From NCBI GenBank assembly GCA_015232575.1, contig JADFZL010000004.1, positions 14,381-78,380 of the forward strand: a DNA stretch of 64,000 nucleotides, in the 5' to 3' direction. Below, one piece after another: positions 51,501 to 62,000 of the stretch. The position numbers and the translations under genes are program-made. Positions within the stretch are counted from its first letter, which is position 1. The number at the start of each line of letters is the position of its first letter. Below the pieces are notes generated by a model. That model made no database searches, was not told the origin of the DNA, and saw nothing but the letters and a program-made list of their open reading frames with translations. The DNA is from Candidatus Rifleibacteriota bacterium (lineage in GTDB: Bacteria; Muiribacteriota; Ozemobacteria; Ozemobacterales; Ozemobacteraceae).

Positions 51501-54500
51501 CTGAACCAGCTTCTCCGGTTCAGCAGAAAAACTTTTCTCTGAAAGGGAAAATTTCCAACGGAATGACAGCAATTTCGGTTTTTGAGAATGGCGCAAAAGT
51601 AGCTGATGGTGTAATAAACGGCCCTGACTGGAGCGCCAGTCTAGCCAATGCCCCTGAAGGCTTACACAGATACACTGTGAGAGGCACAGATGCTCTCGGA
51701 AATTTATCTCCTGAATCTGCTGAAATCATAGTAAAAGTAGATCTGACTTCGCCAACCCGCGGCGTCCTGGTTCAGCCGCAAAGTCCAACGTCGTCAGATA
51801 AAATCAGCATAACCGGAACATCGGCTCTTGATCCGTTGAATAACGGAGTAAATTCGCCTCCGGTTAAAGTTGGTCTGTATTCAATGAGTGGTACAGAAAT
51901 GGGTTCTGTTACAGCCAATCTTGACGGCACGTTTACTTTTCTCAATGTAAACCTGGCTGATGGCGATAACGTTTTCTATGTTATTACAGAAGATTCAGCA
52001 AACGGGCCTCCTGGAAACAGATCTAATCCGTCTGCTCCGATAAAAATCATTCGCGATAATGCAGGGTCGAATATCGCTGCTGTTTTGATTGGTTCTCCAA
52101 AACTTGCAACCCAGCCTCTTCCAATTGTTGGAGATACCTGGCTTTCAGCCGGAAGCTATGGCATTCAGGTCGATTTTTCAAAGGAAATGGATTCCTCGAT
52201 AAAACCTGTAATTTCTTATACGCCTCTGAATGGAATTATACAGGTAAGTAATAATGGCTCCTGGGTTGCATCGAGAACGTTTTCATGCACTATTACCATT
52301 CCAGGCGGACAGTCTGCCGCTTATGACGGAATGGCAATAGAACTGAAAATCTCCGCAGCAAAAGACATTGCAGGAACTGTAATGGCTGCGTATACTGTTT
52401 CAAATCCTTTCAGAATCGATACAAAGTCGCCCGTTACTGTAATGGATTCAATGGCTCCAATATTAGTGGCAAGCGGAGTTACTTCAGTAAATATCAAAGG
52501 TTCATCCAGCGATTCCGGCTCTGGAGTCGGTTATGTCGAAATTGCCTGGCAGAATAAGGCAGGCGGAGCAATTTCATCGCAGACTGTTCCGATTTTCAAT
52601 GGAGCTAACGCTTCATGGACGACTTATTGGGATGTATCGGCTCTTTCCGAAGGATACTACAAATTGTGGGCAGTAGCAGCAGACAGAGCAGAGCCTAATC
52701 CAAATAAAGAAGCAATGTACCCGACTGGTTTCAGGCTTGTCGCCGTTGACCGTGATATGCCGACAGTAAACCGCGTGAGTCTGAATGATATTCTTAAAGA
52801 TATTAACGACATGTATTCCGGCACCACAGTGCCTGTAATAGCTTCCTCTGTGACAAAGCTCATTGCAGTTTTTTCAGATCCCAGCGGCTGGGGAATTGAT
52901 TTTTCGAGGTCGCTGTTTACACTTATGCATGAAGAAAGTGGTACAAATATTACCGGGAATTACACAAACAACGGAACTGATACAATGTATTTCACTTTTC
53001 CGAAGTTGACACTGAGTGGAACATACACCGTTTCAGTAAATCCGATGGATAAATCTGGTAATGCCATGCCGCTTGTTGCAACAAGAACATTTATAATTGA
53101 TAACGGCGGACCTTCGACAGTCACTTTCCAGCCGATTTCCGGAGCTTATGCCAACAATACTAATCCGGCAATAGCATTAGATCAGCTGTGGGCCTTCATT
53201 GATGACCCTGAGGCTGATTATATAAATTCAACAATTGCCGTGGCTTATAATGGAATGAAAACCGGGGCTCAGATAAATGGCGCATCCACAACAGCCCTGA
53301 TCTGGGATTTCACCGGAAATACTGCTACTCATACGGCTGATCAGAGCATTGATGGAAGATATAACCTGACTGTTGTACCACGTGACACTTTCGGAAATAC
53401 TGGAAATACTGTTAAATCGCACTTCTTCCTTGATACACAGGCTCCGGTTGTAACTAATGCTGAACCAGCGTCATCATCGTGGTGCGGTTTGGCTATGACG
53501 AATATAAAAGCAGGCGTTTCAGATGCTCCAAATGATCAGGTTACCTATAGGGGTGCTGCAATTGCCAAAGATGCATCATGGCAGAATTCCGAAGGAAGTG
53601 GACTGAAATATTCCACAGCGTCTTTTACTGCAAATGTTGAATTTATGAGTAAAATAATGCCTGGCGCGTTTTCCTCAAACAACATGATGGAAATAAATAT
53701 GCCCGCTATATCTGTATCTGATCCTGCTGCTGCAGGCTGGGGAACAATTACGGCAAATCTTAAAATTGATGATAATGTAAACAGCCTTAACCCCAACAGT
53801 GCATCTTATTCATGGCGTATTTTCATGGATTACATGAGACCTTTAATGACTTTTTCCAAGCCGCTTTCCAGTGGAAAATACTGCCGGAAAACCCTTGATC
53901 TGGGCGGTTCTGCTTCTGACAGGGGAAGAGACGACAGAAACATCTATGTTCAAAAAGTCGAGTTTTCAAAAGATCAGGCAACCTATATTCAGGCAGATTT
54001 TGCAATGGGAAAAATCGGCAGTTGGACTTATAATAAACTGGATATTTCTGAAATGACAGATGGGCCGCATAAACTCTATGGAAGAGCCTACGATCGTGGT
54101 TTCAACATGTCCAACCCTGATAATGCGTTTGCTGATTCCGGCGTTGAAACAGTTGTTACATTTACTGTTGACAGAACACCACCAGAAGCACCAACTGCGA
54201 TTCTTCCGCTGAATGAAAGTATTACAAATAATCGCGGGCAGCGATTCAAATGGAATAAAGTAACCGATGGCGATCAGTATTTATTTCAGATTGCTGACGA
54301 TGTAAACTTCAACAATGTTCTCAATAATCTCATTCAGCCTGGCGATGCTACATATTCAGGACTTCTGGGCCAGGTAACTTACCTTCCCGAAGCATCTTTT
54401 TCTGTTGCGAAAGATGGAACATTCTACTGGAGAGTTGCTGCAATTGAGGTATGTAATGATGGTTTCAATATAAGCGCTTTCTCGCCGACCATGCGTTTTA

Positions 54501-56143
54501 TTGCTGACACAGTAAAGCCGAAGATTCTTGGAGTGCAGCCGACGCCATCGACAGGCAACAAGATTACGACTGGCATGGTAACATTTACTGTAAGATTCAC
54601 TGAAACGATGGATACAACAGTTATTCCGACGGTTTCACTTACATCTGCGGGTGGGCAGCTTATGCTTATTGAGACAGTTTCGTTCAAAGACAACACCTGG
54701 ACAGGTACAACAGTAATTCCGAAAGATACGAGTGCGCTATACGATGGACTGGCTGTGCTTCAGGTGACAAATGCCAAGGATCTCGCCACAAACCAGATGG
54801 AAAACGATACGTCCAGTACGGTTGTTATCAACACCGGTCCAGCGTTTGAAACAAAATTGTTTTCCAACCCGGCACATGAATTCGAAATAATGATTGTTAC
54901 AAGATCAAGCGAAGCGCTTCAGGCTCCTCCAACGTGTTCAGTTACACAGGGAGCAGAAAAGGTGCCAGTGGTAATGAACTTTTTGAAAGAAAAGTTTTAT
55001 ACCGGCGGCTATCGAATTGATCCAGAACGTTCTGGTAAGGCTTTCATTGATATCAGCGGAAGCGATATTTATGGTATGACCGGCAGAGGTTCTGTTGAAT
55101 TCAACGTTGCCGGAGTAGATCAGGAATCAAGCATCAGATGGGTTTCTGAAGATGCAGCCAGTGAATTACTTATCGGTTCGGGAACATTCAGGAAAAAGGC
55201 TTCTATTTACATGCTTCCGGGAACGGGAAGTGAAGAAGAAAATCCGATGGTATCAAAGAAAGCGTCGGTAAAGCGTGCTTCTGCGATTAAAGATTCATCA
55301 GAACTTTCTAAGGAAGAACTGATTGAAATTAAAAAACTTGAAGAATTTGGACCATCTTCTCTTAAAGTCTCAAGGAAAATGCGTTATAGCACCAATTACG
55401 AGATTCCATCGGGAATAAATATTGATCCTGAGAAAGTTGGAATCTATCGATATTCTTCTGGTGGGTGGACTCACTGCAAGAGTATCGTTAAAGGAAACAA
55501 AATATCAGCTGAACTTGATGGGCTCGGAAAGCTCGCATTGATGGCAGATCTCAAAGCTCCGGTAATGGCTTCGATATTTCCTTCTAATGGTGAGCGCCTT
55601 GAAGATGCCGATTTCACAATCGAAGGTAAGATTTCTGATAAAGGCGCAGGGTTGCTTCTTGAATCGGTTAAGATCAGCATTGACGGAAATCAGGTTACTG
55701 ATGTTACCGTAGAAGAAGATGGAAGCTTCAGATATGTGCCTCGTAAAACACTTCCAAAGGGAGATCATGTTCTGGAAATCTCTGCAAGCGATAAAGCAGG
55801 AAACCAGATTGTTACATCAATTACCTTTGTAGCACCCGGACCGTTTGCTATTGAAGATCTGAAGGCTTATCCGAACCCGGCGAGAGGTGATGCGATATAT
55901 TTTGCATACAACTTTGGACAGAAAGCAGAAGAAATCAGGCTGAAAATCTATGATACAGCCGGACAACAGGTAACTTCCTTTGATACTTTTGACTTCGACA
56001 AACTCTCGTCAGGGAAACTCAAGTGGGACTTGAGAAATGACGATGGTAAGAAGGTGGCAAATGGAGTTTATCTTTATAAAATTGAAGCCATCAAAAATGG
56101 TCAGAAAATAAAAAGTCGTGGAAAACTGGCAGTTTTGAGATAG
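48539..56143 (+). CDS. Giant (about 2534-aa) cell-surface Ig-repeat protein with a T9SS-type C-terminal sorting domain. It is the gene-1 homolog carrying an extra N-terminal module of about 760 aa.
   Basis: ATG at 48539 preceded by caggagtaaagac, identical to gene 1; the ORF track's TTG start at 48473 is rejected. Signal peptide MRRQWFCVLIFLAVFLLGCQA. The C-terminal sorting domain is conserved. Confidence 0.8.
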   Translation: MRRQWFCVLIFLAVFLLGCQAHLIADIQGLKLLVSDPADPLGKKFNGGQTIRLNASWEGGTVATPPFSISFYSGSTKLDTSNQSSTSKEFTVTASTLGNGLKNFKVEVIETAVQNAVMKSADSDKSVDVDLTPPTVEVILDNGTVFSPNPGFNLVKFTVKSSKNVQGSPDVTVTPTITGVTITPDGTPTEKTFKYNLQLPAGVTASDYSIKAVARDTTLPSGTENSGNGQAVFTVKSEGPLTPTINVSEPASPVLQKSFSLKGKTTAGMTKITVYEGATEIVLGTITGTDWTATVPVDKATEGEHKYTVKGLDALGNLSPASSEFTVKVDASAPDQGVLVAPTGSTSAAKIKLNGTSAIDPLKNGVNSPPVKVGLYKMGGSQIASVTATVDGAFSFNDVSLVEGENFFYVITEDSANGPPGNKSNPSTQIKVVRDNSLTPTITVSQPASPVQQKSFSLKGKITTGMTKITVYEGATEISQGTISGSDWNAFVPNVNEGEHKYIVKGIDALGNESPPSPEFIVKVDVTAPAAGVLVQPQSPTSATKINITGTSAVDNVNNGVNSPPVKVALYKMGGSEIATVAAAVDGTFSFSDVDIVDGDNFFYVVTEDSANGPPGNKSNPSAQIKVVRDTTAPSVGSVLIGSSQLATQPLPLSETNPLGTGSYGIQIDFSKDMDATVNPSVSYTPLNGTEQVSTTGTWIASKTFLASISIPSGQSATFDGIAKELKISGAKDTAGTVMSPYTLTNPFKIVTTPPVPPITPTTPIVGLKCTITEPADTVGKKYNAGVSVKLNTSWTSGGTPPFSASFFALSGAAANSLGTAISSTNSADFVTTGAKLGAGQKGFKVDVLETAIPNIPMVSATSDKNIEIDITAPVITITLDNGSTFSPSAGFNVVKFTVKSSKGVQGVPDISISPEIAGAAPAPDGTPTETNFKYTLQLPATVVAGGYTIKAVCKDTTLPLETANSGTGQIGFSVNGNGPQPTTVIISEPASPVQQKNFSLKGKISNGMTAISVFENGAKVADGVINGPDWSASLANAPEGLHRYTVRGTDALGNLSPESAEIIVKVDLTSPTRGVLVQPQSPTSSDKISITGTSALDPLNNGVNSPPVKVGLYSMSGTEMGSVTANLDGTFTFLNVNLADGDNVFYVITEDSANGPPGNRSNPSAPIKIIRDNAGSNIAAVLIGSPKLATQPLPIVGDTWLSAGSYGIQVDFSKEMDSSIKPVISYTPLNGIIQVSNNGSWVASRTFSCTITIPGGQSAAYDGMAIELKISAAKDIAGTVMAAYTVSNPFRIDTKSPVTVMDSMAPILVASGVTSVNIKGSSSDSGSGVGYVEIAWQNKAGGAISSQTVPIFNGANASWTTYWDVSALSEGYYKLWAVAADRAEPNPNKEAMYPTGFRLVAVDRDMPTVNRVSLNDILKDINDMYSGTTVPVIASSVTKLIAVFSDPSGWGIDFSRSLFTLMHEESGTNITGNYTNNGTDTMYFTFPKLTLSGTYTVSVNPMDKSGNAMPLVATRTFIIDNGGPSTVTFQPISGAYANNTNPAIALDQLWAFIDDPEADYINSTIAVAYNGMKTGAQINGASTTALIWDFTGNTATHTADQSIDGRYNLTVVPRDTFGNTGNTVKSHFFLDTQAPVVTNAEPASSSWCGLAMTNIKAGVSDAPNDQVTYRGAAIAKDASWQNSEGSGLKYSTASFTANVEFMSKIMPGAFSSNNMMEINMPAISVSDPAAAGWGTITANLKIDDNVNSLNPNSASYSWRIFMDYMRPLMTFSKPLSSGKYCRKTLDLGGSASDRGRDDRNIYVQKVEFSKDQATYIQADFAMGKIGSWTYNKLDISEMTDGPHKLYGRAYDRGFNMSNPDNAFADSGVETVVTFTVDRTPPEAPTAILPLNESITNNRGQRFKWNKVTDGDQYLFQIADDVNFNNVLNNLIQPGDATYSGLLGQVTYLPEASFSVAKDGTFYWRVAAIEVCNDGFNISAFSPTMRFIADTVKPKILGVQPTPSTGNKITTGMVTFTVRFTETMDTTVIPTVSLTSAGGQLMLIETVSFKDNTWTGTTVIPKDTSALYDGLAVLQVTNAKDLATNQMENDTSSTVVINTGPAFETKLFSNPAHEFEIMIVTRSSEALQAPPTCSVTQGAEKVPVVMNFLKEKFYTGGYRIDPERSGKAFIDISGSDIYGMTGRGSVEFNVAGVDQESSIRWVSEDAASELLIGSGTFRKKASIYMLPGTGSEEENPMVSKKASVKRASAIKDSSELSKEELIEIKKLEEFGPSSLKVSRKMRYSTNYEIPSGINIDPEKVGIYRYSSGGWTHCKSIVKGNKISAELDGLGKLALMADLKAPVMASIFPSNGERLEDADFTIEGKISDKGAGLLLESVKISIDGNQVTDVTVEEDGSFRYVPRKTLPKGDHVLEISASDKAGNQIVTSITFVAPGPFAIEDLKAYPNPARGDAIYFAYNFGQKAEEIRLKIYDTAGQQVTSFDTFDFDKLSSGKLKWDLRNDDGKKVANGVYLYKIEAIKNGQKIKSRGKLAVLR
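49256..50443 (+). repeat. Intragenic tandem direct repeat, 2 x ~594 bp (198-aa Ig-like unit: ...SEPASPVQQKSFSLKGK...TEDSANGPPGNKSNPS.QIKVVRD)
   Basis: The two units are about 80% identical. Further copies lie at about 51490-52080 and in gene 1 at about 42970-43560. Confidence 0.7.
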
Positions 56144-56147
56144 TTTT

Positions 56148-56822
56148 ATGGAGACAGACAAAATGCAGAGAAAACAGAAAAAAGTGCAGAAAAAAGGGCT
56201 ATTTGTTCTCATTTTTATTCCGGTAATGATGATGCTGAGCGGGTGCGGTGGAGGTGTTGCCGGCGAAGGTGGAAACCAGTATCCACAGACCAGCGGCACA
56301 ACAATTGTCAGGGCAAATTCTTTCAATGATGAAGGCTGGGACCTCATTTCAAAAGGTCAGTATCAGAGTGCAATAGCGCTTTTTAATCAGGTTCTTGCAG
56401 ATAATCCGACAGCTCAGGAAGCCTGCGAGGCGAATTCGGGTCTCGGGTGGGCACGCGGTCGGATAGGAAGTCTGAAAGATGGCATGGAATGGTTTGCAAA
56501 AGCTGTTGATGGCTCAAACGATGCAAAAGTTGGTATGGCTGCTGCTTATATTCAGATGGGTTCGAAAAGCGATCTGGAAAACGCCGTTGATTTGCTCTAC
56601 ACGAAACTCGGAGGAGAAAATCCGCACTTTCATTATACCACTTCGAGAGCTACCGGAGTAAGCGATGCAGAATGTCATGCTCTTCTTGCTTTTGCGTTTG
56701 CCGGAATCGGAAGGAGCGATGATGCAACCATTCAGCTTGATTATGCAAAGGAATTGAATCCAAACTGGCAGTCAACGACGATTGAACAAATTAACAATGT
56801 CGTCGATTTCCTGAATAAATGA
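56148..56822 (+). CDS. TPR-like lipoprotein, partner of giant protein 2
   Basis: Lipobox MMLSGC. 5-bp gap to the upstream gene. About 85% identical to 47640-48293. Confidence 0.65.
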   Translation: METDKMQRKQKKVQKKGLFVLIFIPVMMMLSGCGGGVAGEGGNQYPQTSGTTIVRANSFNDEGWDLISKGQYQSAIALFNQVLADNPTAQEACEANSGLGWARGRIGSLKDGMEWFAKAVDGSNDAKVGMAAAYIQMGSKSDLENAVDLLYTKLGGENPHFHYTTSRATGVSDAECHALLAFAFAGIGRSDDATIQLDYAKELNPNWQSTTIEQINNVVDFLNK

Positions 56823-56916
56823 GCATCTGTTTATTACTTTTCTCCAGCTCATCTCTCGGGCTCCATCTACCCGGAATCTCCGTGGGAGAGGGTTGGGGTG
56901 AAGGTCTCAATAACAT

Positions 56917-58806
56917 TTGGAAATGGTACAAGTGATGAAAAAACATAATCAAAGTATGGAAATAAGGTTTATTATGCTGCTGGCGCTTGCCGGGGCTTTA
57001 TTTGGATTTACCGGATGTTTGAATTCTTCTGCCCCGAAACTTGGTGCTGTAAGCGGGAAAGTCTTCGATTCAAACGGTCATATTCTGCAGGGAGCAAAAG
57101 TAGAAATATACGGCGCAGATCACATTGTACTGACTGACGAGCTTGGAAGATACTATATTGGCAGCGTAGAGCCCGGTGCAAAGCGCGTAGTTGCTACATG
57201 GAACGGCAGATCTGTCATCGTGAATGTTGAAATTCCGCGTGGTGCAACTCTTGAAAATACAGATATTACATTTACAACTGTAGATCAGCTTCCACCAATC
57301 ATTTCAGATGTCTCAGTTGCAGCGGTTGCTGAAACATATTCAGTAATAACCTGGAAAACAGATGAGCCCGCTGATTCAGTAATAGACTACGCTACCGGGC
57401 CGATCGGGCTTGGAACTTTTACAATGAAGTATACCGATTCGGCGCTGGTTTTTGACCATGTTGCAACTCTTTCACATCTGATTCCCAATGTTATATGGCA
57501 TTTCAGAGTGCGTTCAAGAGATTATTTCGCCAACGAGGGAGTTTCTTCTGAATATCAGTTCAGTACTCCTGGCGGCGCTCCACCTGAGGTTCCGCTTGAT
57601 TTTGCTTTGAGTGCGCCATCCGAAATGGAACGTGTAAAAGCCACATGGCGAAGTTTTATTGCTACTGATTCCGATTTAAAGGGTTACAATCTTTATCGCT
57701 CTGATTCCAGAAGTGGGCCGTTTGCGAGGGTTAATGCCGACCCGATACCTCTGGCGGCAGATGCTTCCGGAACAGTGGCAACCTTTACAACTTATACAGA
57801 CGGCGGTTTGAAAATAGGATGGAAATACTATTATTACCTTAAGGCTGTCGATATTGCAATGAATGAAAGTGCTCCAACAAATACGCTTTCAATTGTGACG
57901 CCGGGAAGTCTTGCTGAAAACCGTGTATGGAAAGCAGTTGAAAGTCCATATATTCTTCAGGGAGACTTAAGAGTGCGCGGTGGAGCAATACTCACTGTTG
58001 AACCGGGCGTGGAAGTTAAATTCAGTACAAAAGATTCTCTTCCCGATTCAAATGGTGCAACAATGTCTGAACTTATTGTTCAGGGTGCTCTTATGGCTGT
58101 TGGAAATCCTGAGAACCGTATTATATTCACTTCGGCTGAAACTTTTCCCAAAAAAGGCTGCTGGGGCGGTTTAAAATTTCTCTCAACTATCGAGCCTGAA
58201 AATCAGCTTAAATACATTACTTTGCTGTTTGCTGACACAGGTGTAAGAAGTGAAGGTTCTGCACCGGCGATAGAAAACTCTGAATTCGGTCTTTGTGTGG
58301 TCGGCCTGGACATCGGGTTGTCAACGGCTTTGAACCCGAGGTATAATGTTGTTCGGGATTGCGATATCGGTCTTGTTTCTGCTAATTCAAACATTAGAAA
58401 CAATCTGTTTATTGACAATCAGGTTGGTGCCGCACTTCTCGGCGCTGATTCCTTTGAACACAACACAGTTGACTGTCTTGTCGGACTTGAGGTTCCTTTC
58501 GGAACTCCGGTGATAAAAAACAATATCATTTCATATATCGGTAATGGTCAGGGGTTATACGGTATCAATCAGACTGCGACAACCGCAACTCCAACAATTT
58601 CCTACAATGACATTTTTGGATTTGCAATTCCGACAAATGGTCTCACAGTTGCGACCGGGCCGGGAAATATAGCAAGTGACCCGCTGTTTCTCGGCGGTAT
58701 GCCTTATGATTATCACCTTCAGACCGTCGCAGCAGGATACGCCTCAGATTCGCCTTGTCTGACCGCTGGTGAAAATCAGGTACAGCAAGGCAGATACGGC
58801 CCGTAA
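56917..58806 (+). CDS. Secreted protein or lipoprotein with a carboxypeptidase-regulatory-like domain, an FN3-like domain and right-handed parallel beta-helix repeats
   Basis: FTGC lipobox-like signal. GKVFDSNGHILQGAKVEIYG. beta-helix repeats NSEFGLCVVGLDIG and NNLFIDNQVGA. Confidence 0.6.
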   Translation: MEMVQVMKKHNQSMEIRFIMLLALAGALFGFTGCLNSSAPKLGAVSGKVFDSNGHILQGAKVEIYGADHIVLTDELGRYYIGSVEPGAKRVVATWNGRSVIVNVEIPRGATLENTDITFTTVDQLPPIISDVSVAAVAETYSVITWKTDEPADSVIDYATGPIGLGTFTMKYTDSALVFDHVATLSHLIPNVIWHFRVRSRDYFANEGVSSEYQFSTPGGAPPEVPLDFALSAPSEMERVKATWRSFIATDSDLKGYNLYRSDSRSGPFARVNADPIPLAADASGTVATFTTYTDGGLKIGWKYYYYLKAVDIAMNESAPTNTLSIVTPGSLAENRVWKAVESPYILQGDLRVRGGAILTVEPGVEVKFSTKDSLPDSNGATMSELIVQGALMAVGNPENRIIFTSAETFPKKGCWGGLKFLSTIEPENQLKYITLLFADTGVRSEGSAPAIENSEFGLCVVGLDIGLSTALNPRYNVVRDCDIGLVSANSNIRNNLFIDNQVGAALLGADSFEHNTVDCLVGLEVPFGTPVIKNNIISYIGNGQGLYGINQTATTATPTISYNDIFGFAIPTNGLTVATGPGNIASDPLFLGGMPYDYHLQTVAAGYASDSPCLTAGENQVQQGRYGP

Positions 58807-59041
58807 TATCCAGCAATTTGAATAAAAAGTCTATTTCAATGGCTCTCTTGCAGCGTCAGGCAGCAGAGAGTCCTTTTGCTTTTCTTTTCATGTCTTTACT
58901 CTCGCGAGAATTTTTCAGAGCAGAGTTGATGCTTTTTGTTTCGCTGTATGGTATCATCTTTGCGAATGTATTTTTTGATGCAGATAAAGCTGTCTGTGTT
59001 GAGAGATTCATATTCTAACAATGGATTTACTACGCCTTTAA

Positions 59042-62000
59042 ATGAAAAGTGATAAAATTTTTATAATTTTTCTCGTAATATCTTGTCTTTTTTTGCCTGA
59101 TGTTCTTAAGGCAGCTAAAAAGAAAGATAAAACAAAACCGGTTTCTGAAAAAAAGATAGCTTCTGATGACAAAAAACCGGTTCTGCCAGAAAAAAAAGAA
59201 CCTGAGCAGCCGCCGGAGAAAACGACTGAAAAAGTTCCTGCTGAAACAGTTGCTCATGAATTTGCACCAGTACAGAAGCTTCTTGATGAAAATCAGGAAG
59301 ATAAAGCTATTGAAAAAATCAGAATTATTCTGAATCCTGATTCATCATCTCAAACAAGACAGATCGCTGCTGACATCCTTTTTTCAAGAACTTTGAGATT
59401 GAAGGAGTTGAACAGCTCTAATACGGACTCTGAAATTAATAAAAAAATTCTTTTGCTGCTTGCAGAATCACGTGACATTGAACCAGATTCTCCTGGCAGA
59501 TGGCAGAAGGTTATTGAGGAGCTGATAATTCAGAAAGCCAACGATTCACTTATTCTTTCAGAAGCGGATGCCTTTCTTCTGAAACACGGAGACAATCTGA
59601 TTAAGGAGCCTCAACAGGTAAATAAAAAAACACTGGAAGCTCTTCAAAAACTTTATAACAATTATGGTATGGAACTTCAGGAATTTCAGATTCTCGAGAT
59701 TCTTGCATGCTTTCCAGATGCAGATAAGGTAACTATTTCCAATGCAAATTTTTCTCATGAAAAATTACTTAAAAGACGCCAGGAATTTGCTGAAAGAATA
59801 AAATTTCTGATTGAATACGGAAGTCTGGAAGAAGCAGAAAAACTTATGCAGAGCCTGAAGCGGCTTGATCCGAAGGCTCCTCTGCAGAAATATGCAATTC
59901 GCCTTGAACAGGCGAAACAGCTGAAAAAACTGTTGCATGAAGCATACGTTTCATTGAGATCTGGAAATATTTCTGGAGCAATAAGCATTTCCCAGAGCGT
60001 TCTGAAGATTGATCCTGAGAATTTTACTGCAAAAGAATATATCAGACGCGCAGAAGAGAGGCGCGGAGAACAGAAAACCAGCGGTAAATCCGGGATTGAC
60101 CGACTTACAATGATGAAGCGCGATTTAAACCTTCAGCTTCAGCGTGCTGAAAAGACTGAAAATCTGTCTGAAATTCTTAAAATTCTGAAAGAGCTCGATA
60201 TAGAAGGTGTTAGCACCTCTGAGCAGCGTTTAAGAATGGGCGTGGTTGAATCAGAAATTCTGGGGTCCCGTCTTTTGATAAATGAGCGATGGAACGAGGC
60301 CCAGAAGGTTTTTAAAGAAAACGACTGGAAGAAACTTCTGAAAATTCTTAATAGAAATCCATTTTTGTCTGAATCGCCAGAACGCCTTGCCAAATACTGG
60401 GAAATGAAGCTGATGTGCGAGTCATATCAGGGAATTAAAGAAGAACACGAACTGCTTGAATCAGCAAAAAAACTTGAAAGTATCTTCCCAAAAAGTTTCT
60501 GGGTAAGATTTCTCAGGCTAAAAATAGCCATGGACAAAATGCAGTACAAAGAAGCAGCCGAGCTGTATAAATCAGCTGCTGAAATAGATGCGGCGAACCC
60601 GATTCTTTCAGAATATAAAAGAATTCTCTGGCTTCAGGAACATGGCTGGAAGTTTATTCCAGTTCTGGGGTTGATCTTTTTCTATTTTCTTGGAAGGATG
60701 ATTCCGGTTTTTTTTGTCTGGTATGAGGAATTTGTGTGGTTCGTAATGTCATGGCTTGCTCCCAGATTTCCGAAGTTTGCTTTGAACAGGCTTGAAGCCC
60801 GTTTTGGCACTGTAAGAGATTCTGAAAAAGTGAAATTTTTCGAGGCTCTTGTTACGGCAGCGTTCAGGTCAGGTGAGATTCAGAAAGCCCGGAGATATTC
60901 AGACATTCTTTCTGAAAGTTCTCCCGGGAATCCTGTTATTCTGAAAGAAGGTGGGCAGCATTTACTGTCTCTTGCAAAGCCTGACCTCGGACAGTTGAAT
61001 CAGCTTATTGACTTTGCTCTTTCAGAGAGTAATAACAGGCAAACTATAGAAAAAGTCGGAAAGCTAATAATCAGAAATAAATTGATCAATGCAGAAGCCG
61101 TAAAGGTTCTGAAGCTTTATGTTGCTGCTTTTCCAGAAGATAAAGATTGTATTCTCTTTCTTGGAGAGGCTTTTGGAAGCATAAGTCCGACTCAGGTTGG
61201 GCGTGATGGTCTTGAATTAATGGAAAAAGCTTATAGATTCAATGGTTCTGATGAACTTGGTGAACGTATTTTTACAGTCAAACTTGCCTGCGGGCTGATT
61301 GACGGGAGCGTAAATTTTCTGATCGAAGCCAGGCAGTCAGGACGTCGATTTCAGGCTTTACAAGCTCTTGAGAAGCTGGAAACAGAAATTGATAATGTAA
61401 TTTCGCAGGTTAAACAGAGTTTACAGGCAATGGATCGTGAAAAAACTATGGATGCACTCGCATCAGTTGGCGAAATGAGGTTTCTAAACGACAGACAGAA
61501 ATCTCAATTGTTTGATTTGCTTGAGCCTGTTATTCGCGAAGAAGATGCTTCTATAAGATATAAAGCACAAAAAATCAGAGATCATGTCAGAGAAATTGCG
61601 TCAAAATCAGAGGGAATAAAGGAAAAGATTCTGAATATCATGATACCGGAATCAATAGAATCTAACCCTGAAGATTCTGCCTCCTTTGTTTTACCTGATT
61701 CTCAACTAGCTTCTGAAAAATTAATTCCATCTGAAGCCTCTGCGCCTGGTGTTGCATTGATTAAATCTGAGTCTGATAATTCTGATATTTCTGGCGATGC
61801 GAAACTTTTGTCTGATTCTCAAGAAGATTTCAGAAAAGAACCAGAGCAGGTGTCAGAGGCAGAGTCCGAAACAGAAACAGAAACAGAAACAGAAACAGAG
61901 ACAGAAACAGAAACAATGCAAAATCCAGAACCTGAGCCAGTTACGCTGTCTGCGGGATTGGTTTTTTCTGAAGATTCAACCGCTGAGGAAAAAATTGATT

